DNA of 63,461 nucleotides, filler included, from Choristocarpus tenellus KU-1152 (taxonomy: Eukaryota; Protista; Phaeophyceae): the NCBI GenBank assembly GCA_964200185.2. It is 13 parts of 13 records of this genome, joined end to end, with 100 filler letters (N's around TTAATTAATTAA, not from the genome) between each part and the next. Parts side by side here need not be neighbours in the genome. Positions count along the whole stretch, not along the records: positions 1 to 4,157 come from CAXNAD020015929.1; positions 4,258 to 8,315 come from CAXNAD020016434.1; positions 8,416 to 13,638 come from CAXNAD020011450.1; 10 more parts are not named here. One strand, written 5' to 3'. How positions within the stretch are numbered: position 1 is the first letter of the stretch; the number at the start of each line of letters is the position of its first letter. Below are positions 1-12,548 of the stretch, in pieces. Both the position numbers and the translations under genes were made by a program. The notes beneath the pieces were generated by a model. The model searched no databases. It worked only from the letters and a program-made list of their open reading frames with translations, and was not told the DNA's origin.

Positions 1-161
1 CGGTGATTCTCTTCGCCACCCTTGCCTGAGTGAACGACGCCGCCACAGAATCACACGATTCACAATTACATATTTAGAAAGCATTATTATGAAGCGAAAT
101 TTTTTTGGACTGCGATAAAATCGGGTAAACACAGCATTTGATTGATCGAATTATATTTATA

Positions 162-218
162 TTATTATGCCCTCTGACATTTTGCAGATGTGTCAGGGGA
201 AAACCAATGAAAACTATA
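162..218 (+). repeat. Short dispersed repeat, putative non-LTR retroelement 3' end (stem-loop plus AT-rich tail)
   Basis: ttatgccctctgacattttgcagatgtgtcaggggaaaaccaatgaaaacta. Related copies at 513-560 (minus), 23884-23940, about 36213-36230 (partial) and 63366-63386 (cut by a MITE). Confidence 0.6.
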
Positions 219-512
219 TACATATATATGTGTATATAAAATAAATTATATATATTGTGAGTGATGACATGTCACCAATGCGTTCTTGTCTGACGTCAAA
301 TTCAATATATTTGTCATACTTCTTATTGTGTGGTGATAGAAAAAATAACTGTATAGTTATTCTGATGTTGATACTGAAACCAAATTATATCATATCTATT
401 CAAAACAATACCAAAAACATATTCAAGATAATTTCCACATCTTCACAACAATATACTATATTCCTACTATATTTATGAGAACTGTTACTGTTTTGTTTTA
501 TTTTCTGACCTG

Positions 513-2230
513 TGAATAGTTTTCATTGTTTTTTGCCCTCACACATCTGTAAAAGGTCATAACTACATAATACTACTACTACTATACGCATATACTGTGC
601 GATTGTTCGTAGTTTAAGTTCTGATCTATAATCTATACGGTAAAAGTGTTCCTTATCGAAAAAGTCGAAGAGTAGGGGATTCCAAGTCTTGGTCAATCCT
701 AATGTGAAGGTAGGAACTTGGTAGTACGAAGAGGGGTAACTAAATGCGACACAACAGGCAGGTTTTCAGGAGGGACAGGGTTGCAGTGACTTGGAGCTCG
801 AGACCGGAGCGATATTTCGTGACTGTGTGACATATGCTAGAGTATAGAGATACATCCTCCTAGACCATCCTATAGTGCGCAATACGAACAGGTCAGCCTT
901 CCAGCCTCCTCACTCCCAGCAAATTATTATCGTCACTATCCTCACAATTATCGATGCACTTCCTTCTACTGCACTAGACAGTACTGATCAAGAAAAAGGG
1001 TAGTGGAGTGATTCGACAATACCTCGCTACAGGTCACATTGGATCTCCCTCTTAAGAATAGAAGTCTGAACACGACGTTCAGTTCTATAGAGATCAGTGT
1101 CGTAAAAAAAAGGTGTGGTTTTCTAGATTCCTGAACTGACGGTGTAGACCTCGTAACACTAAGGTGCATTTCGGCCTTGGCAAAATTCAAGATATATGTT
1201 TTCCAACGACTGGATCGTAGACTCGAGAAACGTTGGATGAGGTGGGGTACCGATCGATGATGGAGATGTCTGAACTGGAACCCGAGTTCAGAATTCTTTA
1301 TCGCTTCCATTTCATCACTTCTTCGATCGAAGAGGGGAAAAAAATCCGGTCGGGGGTGCAATGTGATATTCGAGTACGGGCAAGATGGTTTCTGTTACCA
1401 CTTTGTATTCAGGGGGTGGGCGAGTGCATAATATGTGGTGAATTTGCATGGGTGTGAAGTGTGACGAGTCAGTAAATGTAGTTCAAGGCGAAAAGGGCAG
1501 TGTCGTGTTGGCGAAGGGACTATTTAATGTATTTTGTGATGGTGGGTGCAGTTTGATGTTCGGAGTAAACAATCGGGTTCCTGGCACTTTATTTTTGAGA
1601 GAAGTCATGATGTACGGCAAAATAGTTGGGTGCGCTGTTGTGTGAACTGTAAACATACGGTGGAAAGGGCAATGTCGTATTGAGGAAGGGACTGATCAAA
1701 GTGAAGTTAGGGTGGAGGTCATAGTGTGATATCGAAGAATTTTATTAGCTCTTTACGTTTTTCGACGGGGATTGTGGATATGGTTGATTTGAGTTGGGGT
1801 GGGTGGTGTGATTGACTTGTTACAATTACTTACATGTAACTGGAAAGGCTAGATTCACGTTGGAGCAGGAGGAGCTGGAGAGTGTGGAATTGTAGTAATG
1901 CATATTTTTATCTACCTGATTGTGTACATCGTATCTAACGGCAGCCGATTTCGGTTCGGGATGCATTGTGATGTAGAGTTAGCAATATTTTGAGATCTAC
2001 AAAATGATACGTGTAAGTGTATTCTTTTTAAGTTGTGGAGGATCCACTGGAGGTTGGAGTGAGAATGGAGTAGGTCTGTTACGATTGTGTTCAAGTCGTA
2101 TGGACTGTGCAGCGAGATTCCTTGGCGTACGTGGTGTTTGTTATTGTGAGGGTGCACTTTGTGTGAGAGGTTTCAGTATGATGTTAATTAGGGCATTTGG
2201 AACAAACCTATTGCTTGAAGCGCACTTATG
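513..2230 (-). mobile_element. Possible degenerate LINE-like 3' region
   Basis: Broken coding-like sequence on the minus strand (ORF fragments 966-1361 and 1912-2157) ending in the dispersed stem-loop motif at 513-560. No diagnostic RT motif recognised. Confidence 0.3.
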
Positions 2231-3179
2231 AACTGAAATGAGTCGCCAACTATGCATAGATATGACGATCCTATAGCATCCTAGTCCTGCAACACGCAAT
2301 ATGAGCTAATTCAGTGTTGTGGAAAGGAAAGACACTCCAGTCTTGGCGAGATCCATCATCTCAACCTATGTTTGGCAGTTTGCTCGTAAACAGATGAAGT
2401 GGTGAGAGAGTGATTTCATCACCAGCCCCTTAACAATATTTTGAAGTAATACTTTACAACATCTCATAATGAAGGTGGGAGCTCAAAGATTTTGACGTCG
2501 CTCATCCCATGCCTCCAAAGATGTGTTACCCTCCACATTAACACAGTCAAACAAGATCATGGTGGGAGGCACCTTCGTGGGCAACGTAGGAAGGTGCACA
2601 AGTTAGAGATAACCAGTAGCATTCCCTAACAACTCATTGTTACACCACCCAGTCGGAATGCACCACCATCGCACCCCAACTAATGTCAATACAGTGTATC
2701 ATGTGCACCAAGAGTAATTGGGATTGGAAGCACATCTGTGTTGAGCTTTCCACTATGCAAGCACTTCAATATAGCTAAGAGCTAGGCTGTTGAAAAATCT
2801 TGGTTGATTAGATTAGTTTAGACCAGATGTTGTTCCCAATCTTGTTCTAACCTTGTGGAGCTTTAAGCTCGGTGTGCACTGAATGAAAGTGTAACACTTC
2901 AAAACCTGACTCCTCACAGCTGGCTTCTGTAGGTGGCAAGCAGCCAGTGCGAAGGGGAACGTGTGTGTGGTGGATTTTGAGGAGCGATGTGCTGAGTGAG
3001 TGAGGATTGAACTCGGGATACAAGGGAGTCGGTCAGGCAGCGGCACAGTCACCCAGCAGAGGTACCCTACTTCACAGCAGTTAGAACAGGCAGCAGTTAA
3101 ACAATCATCCCATACTATGATACGCTACCCTACCCAAACCTATCCAGCCCTATACAACCACCCAGCCCTACCCAACCAC

Positions 3180-3419
3180 TATTTGGGTTTTACCCTGTTT
3201 GTTTGGGGCTTGGCGTCCCATGAGTTTTTAATGCCCTTTTTTGGTGTTCTGAGTGAACACAGTAACCTAAAATGTATACTTAAGATGTCCATAAAAGGTG
3301 TGTCCGAAGCAAGGATATTGACACTTGCTAACAAAGATGATAGCCAAAATTCATCAAAATCGCAACGTTGGATTATGATCCTGAACGGACACTGCCCTAC
3401 CCTCTTAAATACTTGGTTG
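3180..3419 (-). mobile_element. MITE family A, diverged subfamily copy
   Basis: Aligns by eye to 6359-6624 and to the reverse complement of 62778-63037; ends ctaccctcttaaatacttgg. Confidence 0.8.
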
Positions 3420-4157
3420 TAGTCCTTTCCCAAAACCTCCACATATTGCTTAGCATGACGGAAACAGTCTCTCCAGCCACTAGTCCACCCATGATTAGCA
3501 GAACTTAGTGATTCAGGCAGTCACTCCTACTTCACGAAGTGTTACAAAACACCTGAGGCAATAGCATGGAATCTATGGTCATATAGTTTGAACGTTCTAG
3601 TGTCTAAGAGTGCAACTGTGAGTTGGAAAAAGTGTGTAATCAGTGGTTAATTACATCTCAATGTTGCAGTTCAGCCATGGGTCCTATTTCTATTGGAGGT
3701 AATGAATACCTGCAGCTTACAAAGAGCAGCAGACTACAAATTTGCATCTAGCTTTTATATCGTTCTGTATTCGTCTCTCTTACATCCTTCTTGGCAAGCA
3801 CTCAATTTTGCGCTGCTTTTTGCTTTCTCTTAATTAGATATACTTTGGGCCTCGACATTTCTTGCAACTTCTGCTATGCAGATCATGTTTTTCATCTACC
3901 TTGGCCATCATTTCCCCACTAACTGATAAGTATCAACATAATTATCACTTTTGTGCAAAGTCCATATTGTCAAGTTTAGCCTAAACAGACGGATTATTCA
4001 TGACAAAATAAACAACAGTAGGAGTCAAGTATCAAACTTTGTTTGTCTACTCAAGACGTCATCCAACACACCACACTTGAGGTGTGCACACATATGTAAG
4101 CAACACCCACAATTAACTTTTCGATTTTCACTTTTTTGGTGTGATTTGGTTGCACGT

Positions 4158-4257
4158 NNNNNNNNNNNNNNNNNNNNNNNNNNNNNNNNNNNNNNNNNNN
4201 NTTAATTAATTAANNNNNNNNNNNNNNNNNNNNNNNNNNNNNNNNNNNNNNNNNNNN
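4158..4257. other. Artificial contig linker (first of 12)
   Basis: N44-TTAATTAATTAA-N44 with stops in all frames. Identical 100-nt linkers at 8316-8415, 13639-13738, 16310-16409, 30180-30279, 35333-35432, 39105-39204, 42465-42564, 46170-46269, 49144-49243, 55629-55728 and 60538-60637. Confidence 0.98.
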
Positions 4258-4441
4258 TTTGGCTATCATGGTTGTTAGGAGATGTCAATATCCTTGTTCT
4301 GGACACATCTTTTCATAACGTAGGCATTTTACCTACTCCGAAACATTTTGGAGTAGGTAACTGTCATTAACAACCCGTGGGAAATCAAGGCCCAAATGGA
4401 CAAACAGGGAAAAACTCGTACCCTCTAAGATACTTTCACTC
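4258..4441 (+). mobile_element. MITE family A, truncated by contig start
   Basis: Ends ...ccaaatggacaaacagggaaaaactcgtaccctctaagatactttcactc, the same terminus as 26994 and 60701. Confidence 0.9.
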
Positions 4442-4757
4442 TTCCACAGCCTTAGCTACGGCTATGGCCACACACTCCCCTAGCCGTGCCTCGACCCTCT
4501 TTGCTACTCTTGATTCAACGGCTGCCTCGATTTCTGCCACCAAGTTTCGGTCACCCCCTGAAGTAATGATGTCCCTGACTCTTCCTTATGCAACTTCCTC
4601 AAATCAAGCAGTTCACACAGTAATTCCTGGTCTGTAGTGTACTATACGGAAGATGGCTCGTTTTAAAACATGTTCGCATGCTACCAAAGAGTTTGCCGCT
4701 TTAACAACAAGATGATGTAGAATGTGCTTTATTTGGTTACAGCAAAGAGGGAGTCCT

Positions 4758-4962
4758 GAGTTAATGTATCTTAGAGGGTACGAGTTTTTATGACATTATG
4801 ACATTTTCCTACTCCAAAATGTGTACATTATGAAAAGGTGTGTCTGGAACAAGTATATTGATACTTCCTAACAAACACGATAGCCAAAATTACATCCAAA
4901 TCGCAACATTGGATTTTGACCCCCAAATGGACACGGCTCTGCCCTCTAAGATACTTTGGTTC
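4758..4962 (-). mobile_element. MITE family A, internally deleted, with 4-bp TSD TCCT
   Basis: Inverted termini gtatcttagaggg ... ccctctaagatac; tcct at 4754-4757 and 4963-4966. Confidence 0.88.
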
Positions 4963-5429
4963 TCCTCTCCATAAGGATGGGGGTTGTCCAATCCTCCATA
5001 ATCATCCTAGCAAACAATCTTAGAAGTTACCAAACAATATATTTCCTAGACTATCACAATATTTAAATATTCCTTTCCATCAGTCATGAATCATTCTAGG
5101 TATACACTATTTTGCTTCCAAGACATTTGTTGGTTAATGTATAGTAACGAGTGCATACAGTACTACAACACATGTCCCTATACGAACAACATAATAGCTC
5201 AATACCTGGGACATGATGCCTTTGATGCTGTCAATAATGCCAGGTTCTACAAGCAATACAGGGAAAAGAAAATTCAGAGTCAAATCTGATCCATCCCATC
5301 TGAAGCCCAAATTTCCCGTATCACTCAAAGAGGAACACAAGAATAATCAATCGAAAGGGATGACACAATACAACAAGCAACATTCAGTAGGCAGTGGTGA
5401 GCATGCATCTCATCTGCTTGAACTTCCTT

Positions 5430-6215
5430 AGCTGCTGCTTTAGCATCATGTATGTCAGTTATCACAGCTTCCCCGGAACCACTTGTTCATGAAGCACTTT
5501 ACTCCACCAAGCGTATGCACCACTTGTGTATACTTGTTGCCCTTGTACTCAATCCTCAACCATAATCCCAAACTTCTCAAGGTCATCTTGCAGGGTACAT
5601 CCACCAGTTCTTCTCCTGTCCACCTTATCTTCGCTTTCCATCAGAAATATACCCAAACATGAACGTCTTTGGTATGAGCTCATCCCCAATATGTGCAACT
5701 GACCCTGAAACTAAGAGCTTCGTTTTTCAACAGTTGCCTTGATATTGTTATGCCCAATCTTCACAAGGAAGGGCATCTTCTTTGCGCATGGGGCATGATC
5801 GGCATATTCACGTTTGCAAATCTAATGCAGTGTAGGAGGAATTGGTGATGAAGAGACCGAAGCTTCACATAGTGGACCTGGTGGAGTGCCCAAATCACAC
5901 AACCATATGACTGGACTTGAAGTACACCTGTGGTTCCATCGCAAAGCACATGAGTGTTCTTGTAGAAAAAGTCCCAGGCTCTTTGAACCTGTTATCTGAT
6001 CATGGAAGTGGTATCACCTTCATGGCATATGCGCCCTCAAGGTGAACACACTTCTCAGCCTGCTGGTAGCTCTGACCCAATGCTTGAATCCACCCAATGT
6101 CTGCAACCTCATTGGGATGCCATGAAGGCATATAGTTTTTTTTTTCAACTTGGACATGGTCAGCCTGAATGTCCTTGCCACCTTTGCAGCCATTGCAATT
6201 TGATGATGAGCCAAG
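5430..6215 (-). mobile_element. RTE-clade LINE remnant (RT C-terminal region, pseudogenised)
   Basis: Minus-strand fragments GQSYQQAEKCVHLEG, RAWDFFYKN, YGCVIWALHQVHYVKLRSLHHQFLLHCI and IPKTFMFGYISDGKRR*GGQEKNWW...DDLEKFGI match the RTE ORF C-terminal pattern (LYGC.TW ... LPK..MFG....GKR.RGGQ.K.W...L..DL..FGI); stops and frameshifts present. Confidence 0.85.
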
Positions 6216-6358
6216 CAAGGAGGGCCCTTTCATATTTATGACAACTATTACTTTTACAGGGATGGTTATGATATTTATTTGACTTTTTCCCGGACATATC
6301 TGCAATATGTCAGAGAGCATAATAATATATATTGGAGTAATAATACTATCCAATACCG

Positions 6359-6624
6359 GGTTCAAAGCAATTAAGAGGGTAGGAGTTTTGCTCTATTTGT
6401 TCGTTTGGGGCTTGGCTTCCCACAGGTTTTTTATGCCTCTTTTCAGTTTTCTGTATGAACACTAACCCTAACCCTAAAATGTATACGGCTATGAAAGGTT
6501 TGTCTGGAGCAAGGATATTGACTCTTGCCAACAAACACGATAGCCAAAATTACATCAAAATTACAACATTGGATTTTAGACTCCAAATGGACACACAGCC
6601 CTACCCTCTTAAATGCTTTGGGCC
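6359..6624 (-). mobile_element. MITE family A variant, full length
   Basis: TIRs ggttcaaagcaattaagagggtag ... ctaccctcttaaatgctttgggcc; interior homologous to family A; no TSD preserved. Confidence 0.88.
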
Positions 6625-8415
6625 AAATGCGAGTAACGACCAGTACCGATGTGCGAATCAATAGTCAGTATGAACTGGTAATACTGTATAATATCAATGA
6701 CAAAAAAGATGAGTAGCCAATGTTTTAACAGATGCGGTGAAATACTGTGCTGAAATGGAGTTTTGGAGGGCTTCGGGGGTGGAATCATAGATAGGTGTAG
6801 GCTGACCCATTTTGCTTGAGATTCTGGTGGGCAACCTTTTAGTGTCTGCACAATACACCCATAAAACATGAGCATGTGCTTCTTCATCGGGGGTGTCAAT
6901 GTTATGTTACATTTAAATCTGAGCGGAGGAAGTATGAGAAGTAGTACAGTATATAGTGCCTCTGATTATGGGTTGGGATCATCCTCAACAAATGTACAAC
7001 AAACGACAATAGAATGAATAGCAGCCACACTAACAATTCCAGAGAGGTATTTCTGTGCACTTACTACTGCAATTAATGGTGCAAATCTACAGAACATGAC
7101 ATAATCATGTAGAAAAACCGTAGGAAGCACCAGTCTCAAAACATTCACTGTTGGGTATTTAACAAAAAGGTGTACCGACATAATCAAATTGTTGTAGCAC
7201 CTGCAGTACCCTCACTAGAGCACACACTGACATACCAATTCCTTCTCCAGGCATTTTTTTTTTCATACTTGCTTGCACAGCGCACAGAGAGCAGAGAAAG
7301 CCCTTACACTTTGCCTTTTTATAAATAAAGCATCATTTCAATCTCTCCAAGGGTCATATGCCAAAATGAACAAGAATAAAAATAATTGTAAAAATAATAA
7401 GTGGCAGGAGCTTCACAGCAAAAGCAACAAACTCACCAGTGGATTATCCACACGTTGATCCAATAGATCCTTTTTCATCGCAACTTCCACCATGTATCAT
7501 CTCTATCTGTTAACACCAATCTTGATATCATGCAACACCTGAATAATTCCCTTTCTACCTTCTCCTGCCCCCCATTCCCCCAATTCTACCCAAACTTGCC
7601 ACCCTCCTCGTCTTGTATACTAGCATTAGGGGATGATCCTCTAATGATGTGCCCACCTTCGACGCAGTGAGAGCCTCTGAATAAAGAAAATGTGGGAGGG
7701 AGCGAGTGGGTCGGACATGTGTCGAACTTGAAAGTGACATCACACAAGTAGTCATGATATGGACTCATGAAATCTCACAACACTAACATTATACTAGTAC
7801 AATGAGTACGGAACGCAAGGCAAATAATTAATTTAAAACTTGCAAACAATAGGACATCAAGTAATAATAGGAGAAAGTATGGCGAAAAAAAATTAGTGAA
7901 GACGAGTAACACCAGCATGCGCGATTATGGTCAACGAAACAGAGAAGAAGGTATTTGCCGGGGGGAAGAGCAAGCGACACAGAAGGAAGTATAAAGTACG
8001 AAGGACATGAACCAACATGGGAAAGGTGAAGAATATAGGAATAAACACTACCTAATCATTATCTGCTGAACGGTCACACAATATTCGATCGGCACACGGA
8101 CAAAATGATAACAGTTATAATTGATGAAATGGTCTCCCGTAATACACCCCGTATTTCAGCGCTGGCGAACTCTGCAACTCACCCTTTATGCGGTGTAAAT
8201 GCACCACCCACGGGTGGGGTACAGTGAGCGCGATGGTGCCGTTAGGATGCATCTTACCCCGCAAGCATTGAAGCATCTCGCGCAGGTGCGTGTTGATCGC
8301 CTGTTGTCCGATGAGNNNNNNNNNNNNNNNNNNNNNNNNNNNNNNNNNNNNNNNNNNNNTTAATTAATTAANNNNNNNNNNNNNNNNNNNNNNNNNNNNN
8401 NNNNNNNNNNNNNNN

Positions 8416-8509
8416 GTGTCGGATTTTAAATGTCTGCAAAAAAAAGAGTTGTTTGACCGAAACGGATGCCCCCTCACAAACCACCCCTCGCCCCCAGATA
8501 CTTTGGGTC
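8416..8509 (-). mobile_element. MITE family C terminus, truncated by contig start
   Basis: Reverse complement gacccaaagtatctgggggcgagggg...gagggggcatccgtttcggtcaaacaactctttt matches 63387-63461. Confidence 0.85.
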
Positions 8510-9030
8510 AGGCCCATCGTGTTGTGATGTGGGCCGGGAAGTTGATGCCACATGGGACATTGTCCTCCTTCGCCACACGTTCAATTACTCTCAGCAGCAT
8601 TATGCGGTGTTGTCCATTCAGACAAAATAAGAGGTTATAGTCGTCGTCTTTATCCCTATCGTCGACATCCTTATTTACCTGTAGGTTGCCGCTGGCGGTG
8701 TAATTCGCGAGCAGGTCGGTGTCGGGCACATCAGCGGGTATCTTTGCCCTGCGCATGTCAGCCTTGAACTTACTATTGGTTTTCCATCTTGCGCACAAAG
8801 AGAAAGGCTGTCCACTCAGGATCCCCGCGAGCTTATCGGCAGCGACCTGTGGGTCTGGCCCCAGCTTCGAGAACATGGACTCTACTCTTTCCTTATCAAG
8901 GAGGTTAGCGTTGTACCTCTGGGACAAGAAGGCAGATGTGACCAGGTCCATCGTATGTGTCACGCTGAGGTTTGACATGATCAACTCTGTCATATTTTCT
9001 TCTTCAGGATTCCTTTGACCTCCGACTGAC
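8510..9030 (-). CDS. Exon of an unknown protein with ParB/DGQHR-like motif, interrupted by MITE
   Basis: Open frame of about 170 aa with protein-like composition (...DDDYNLLFCLNGQHRIMLLRVIERVAK...); candidate acceptor ttcacatgcag near 9030; 3' side cut by the family C terminus. Confidence 0.55.
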
Positions 9031-9373
9031 TGCATGTGAAGGTAGGGGGGGAAAAAATTTACGGCAACTGTATCAGCAAACGAGAAGGATATCAACACAG
9101 GGGTGGATGTTATTGTTAGGTGGTCACAGTAAGGTGTTTTGTATAAACAGTGATAGAGTATGTGATCAATGATGACGGGATTGGTAGGAAGTGCAAGGTT
9201 CGTGCCCATGCATAGGCTATGCAAACGTGATATGAAAGGGTGTAGCACTGCTGTGGTCATGAGGACAGCGTAGCACTTTCCGTGGAGGCTGCTATTTGCG
9301 AACATATATCGAACTATAAACCCCGCCGACATGGGATAAATATGATAACGCACCAATACCATACGCAGACAAG

Positions 9374-9995
9374 AAGGATTTACGCGCGATCAAGGTCATA
9401 TGTCGGGAGGGCAACCATGCACAGGTTTGTGCTTGACATAGGGCAGACAGTAACGAATGAATTTGATGTGTTCTATTGAACGGTAAAGGTCATCAATTTC
9501 CAAAGCGTGGCAAGACGGTTGGGGGGGTGTGTGTGTCGATTTGAAACAAGAATCCTGAGCAGGAAAGCATTAAGTTGACCCGTGAAAGTGAAAGATGAAG
9601 ATGAAAAGGGTTTACGCGCCGACCAAGGTCACATGTCGGGAGGGCAACCATGCACAGGTTTGTGCTTGATATAGAGCAGACAGTAGTGAATGAATTTGAT
9701 GTGTGTTCTATGGAATGGTAAAGGCCATCAATTTCCAAAGCGCGGCAAGACGTTTGGGGGGGGTGTGTGTCGATTTGAAACAAGAATCCTGAGCAGGAAA
9801 ACATTACATCGAACCGCGAAAGTGAAAGATGAAGATGAAAAGGATATACGCGCCGACCCGAGTTAGATGTCGGGAGGGCAACCATGCACAGGTTTGTGCT
9901 TGACATAGGGCAGACAGTAATGAATGAATTTGATGTGTTCTATCGAACAGTAAAGGCCATCAATTTCCAAAGCGCGGCAAGACGGTTGGGGGGTG
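9374..9995. repeat. Tandem repeat, about 233-bp unit, about 2.6 copies
   Basis: atgtcgggagggcaaccatgcacaggtttgtgcttga recurs at about 9400, 9633 and 9867. Confidence 0.95.
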
Positions 9996-10123
9996 GATCC
10001 AAAGTTGGTTTTTTTGTGGGGGGGGGTCTGCACCAGGGTGTCCATTTGGCCCATGACCAGGAAAGATGTACCTACATTATCCATCCGACGTATTCAACGG
10101 AGTCAACCTAAAATCGCAAGATG
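9996..10123 (-). mobile_element. Family B-related terminus and subterminal segment
   Basis: gatccaaagt...gggggggtctgcaccagggtgtccatttgg...tccatccgacg...aaaatcgcaagatgaaa resembles the reverse complement of about 26400-26538. Confidence 0.75.
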
Positions 10124-10342
10124 AAAGGTAATAAATAGAGGGCATCGAATGTGATCATGTTGGTGTTGCCACTGCTGACAGCTGGTATGTACACGGTTGT
10201 AAAGGTAACAAATAGAGGTCATCGAACTTGAAAATGTTGGTATTACCACTGCTGACAGCTGGTGTGTACACGGTTGTAAAGGTAACAAATACAGGGGGCA
10301 TCGAATGTGAAAATGTTGGTATTACCACTGCTGACAGCTGCT
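10124..10342. repeat. Tandem repeat, about 77-bp unit, about 2.8 copies
   Basis: aaaggtaa(c/t)aaatagagg...catcgaa...atgttggt...ccactgctgacagctg repeated three times. Confidence 0.95.
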
Positions 10343-12548
10343 TGGTACAAGCTCCGAATACAAATGAACACGTAAGCATGTGTTGAGCCGTGTGGTTGTG
10401 TTCACGACCGAGAAAAACGCAATGAGGGGTGGATACGTTGGAAACTTTTCAACACCGCACATGTCGCCAATCTTGACCTAACATGAGCATTTGCTCCCTG
10501 GATTTCAAAGCGTCATGACATGGAGGCCTCTTAGAGTACTCGAAAAAAAAATCGTCAGTGTCGACAGAGCCATGGACTATACTGTGGAATAGACAGACCG
10601 GTGTGCATAGGGTTTACGCCGATTTTGACGCGAAATTGCTTTCACTCGGAATTGTATCTGGAGCTTCCGAAATATATTTACACAGGAGGCAACATAGCAA
10701 GTGGGGGACGAAATTGGTATGGTCGTAGTCCTGAAAACCTTAGTACATAACGCGTTGGGGTCTCAATCGCTACCACTTTGCACTGTATTGAAATACGAGG
10801 AAATGTAATTAGGACCCTGTCTGTGTCGTGTCTGTTTGTACAGCCTATCTCGTGTGAATCGATGTAGCGTGCACCATGTGGTGAGCAGCAACGCTGTCTA
10901 GGCCTAACCCGGATTTGGGCTATACGTTAAGAAAGCAATAACGAGATAATTCCTAATGGGAGGTGCATGTTGGTGCTTTCGCAAAAGCCGAATACAAGAC
11001 ATGTTGAAACTCTTTATCGAGAGGAACGGTTTCATAGGAATTGGCGGGATAAGTTACACATCGCGAAGAGCCAGTAGATGAGGAAGGCTCGACTGCGGAT
11101 GAGCGTGTTCGGTACAGCGCACGGGGATAGTGACAGACGAGCCCGTTCCTCGTGGAAGGGATACGCACCTAGTCTCCCTTGACCAAGTTAGTATGGTCTT
11201 TTCAACTTTTTTTTTTCGGTTGTTGTATAACAATTTCACAATAATCGATAAAAGAACAACCGCCTTTACCGAATATTGTACCACTATTGAATAGTAGCAT
11301 ACATATATTGGGGTTCTGAGCAGGCTAGTTCAGGTGTTCCTTTTCCTCAGGAATTAAAAAGGAGATTGAATATATATGTCAGGGACAGGTTCCTTTTTGG
11401 GGATCTCCGACACACACCATATGTATAAGACGCGCGGTCAGATACAATTGCGCGCACCAAACACGTCATTTGAGCTCATCCATATCGACCAGTCCAATAA
11501 ACCAACCACATCCATAAGATCCGGATTTGACCAAACAGTCAAAATGGACTATCAGAACGAAGAATCATCCCTATTCTAACCGATCTATTTCTTTGAGGTG
11601 ACGTTGCTCAGTCATTCGGGAACATCTGTTGTGTTTTAAGGTTTTAGATTAGAGCCAAGACCTTGAAACTCGGTCCCACCCTCTGAGGTGAAGGAGTTGC
11701 AGTCCAGTGATTGTGATTGCCCCCTTTGAGCAGAGAACTTGGCACCTTTAACACTTCCACATATATATATGTAACTCTCCATCCGCTATTTCTTAATTGG
11801 TGCGAGAGGGTCAAAACTTTGAGTTTGCATATTTTTTTCATATATTTGCACTTTTGAAGAATTTTACTATAGTGCATAACAAAAACACTTTCGCCAAACC
11901 ACATATACGACAAACCCCACACTCACTCACTCTCTCGACAACAAACCAGCGGGCCTGGACAATATAGAGGAATTATTGTCGCAGGTCTTTGAGAGGATCA
12001 TACCCATCGCACCGCAGACGTACGATGACCACCTGTCAGCCACTAGGGGATCTGGCTAGCAACGAGAATGAACTCATGGACTCCGTAGGGGTAGACCCCA
12101 GGGCATCCCAAAGGCAAGGCCAGGCCTCTGTCGCAGCTAGACACACTCCAATGTGGCCTGTGCGTTCTGCAATTACCTGAAAGAGGGATTAGTTCTTGGA
12201 GACTAGGCATAGCGAAGCATATGGTCACCATATCCTTCCGAAATCACACATTTGCATCGAAATCAGACACACGTGCTGTTCACCAGCTCCACCGTAGCTC
12301 CGAACCGGTGACGCACATGTCCTCCCATCAAGAGCAGAACGAAACCTAACGACGAAGTTTGTGTCCTCCAATACCTGCATTCTGATATGTATCGGAAATA
12401 AACGATATTCCTTCCGGTTTCTGTTTCCGACCCCAACCCTAACACCTGTCCCAACCCTAGCCCTGTGCCCCAACCCTCACACCATCCCTGGCCCTTACAT
12501 AGTAATGAAATTATGCCAAGACATGTTTCGCTCTTCCTTCATCCACTT

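Noticed and set aside
4202-4213. Recurrent TTAATTAATTAA as a biological motif or piggyBac target
   Set aside because: Always centred within N runs; an artificial linker.
7555-8315. Possible exons (LIGQQAINTHLREMLQCLRGK...; EALTASKVGTSLEDHPLML...)
   Set aside because: Plausible splice sites but no recognisable homology; left uncalled.
9374-10342. Possible CRISPR-like array
   Set aside because: The units repeat along their whole length with no unique spacers; no cas genes; eukaryotic context.
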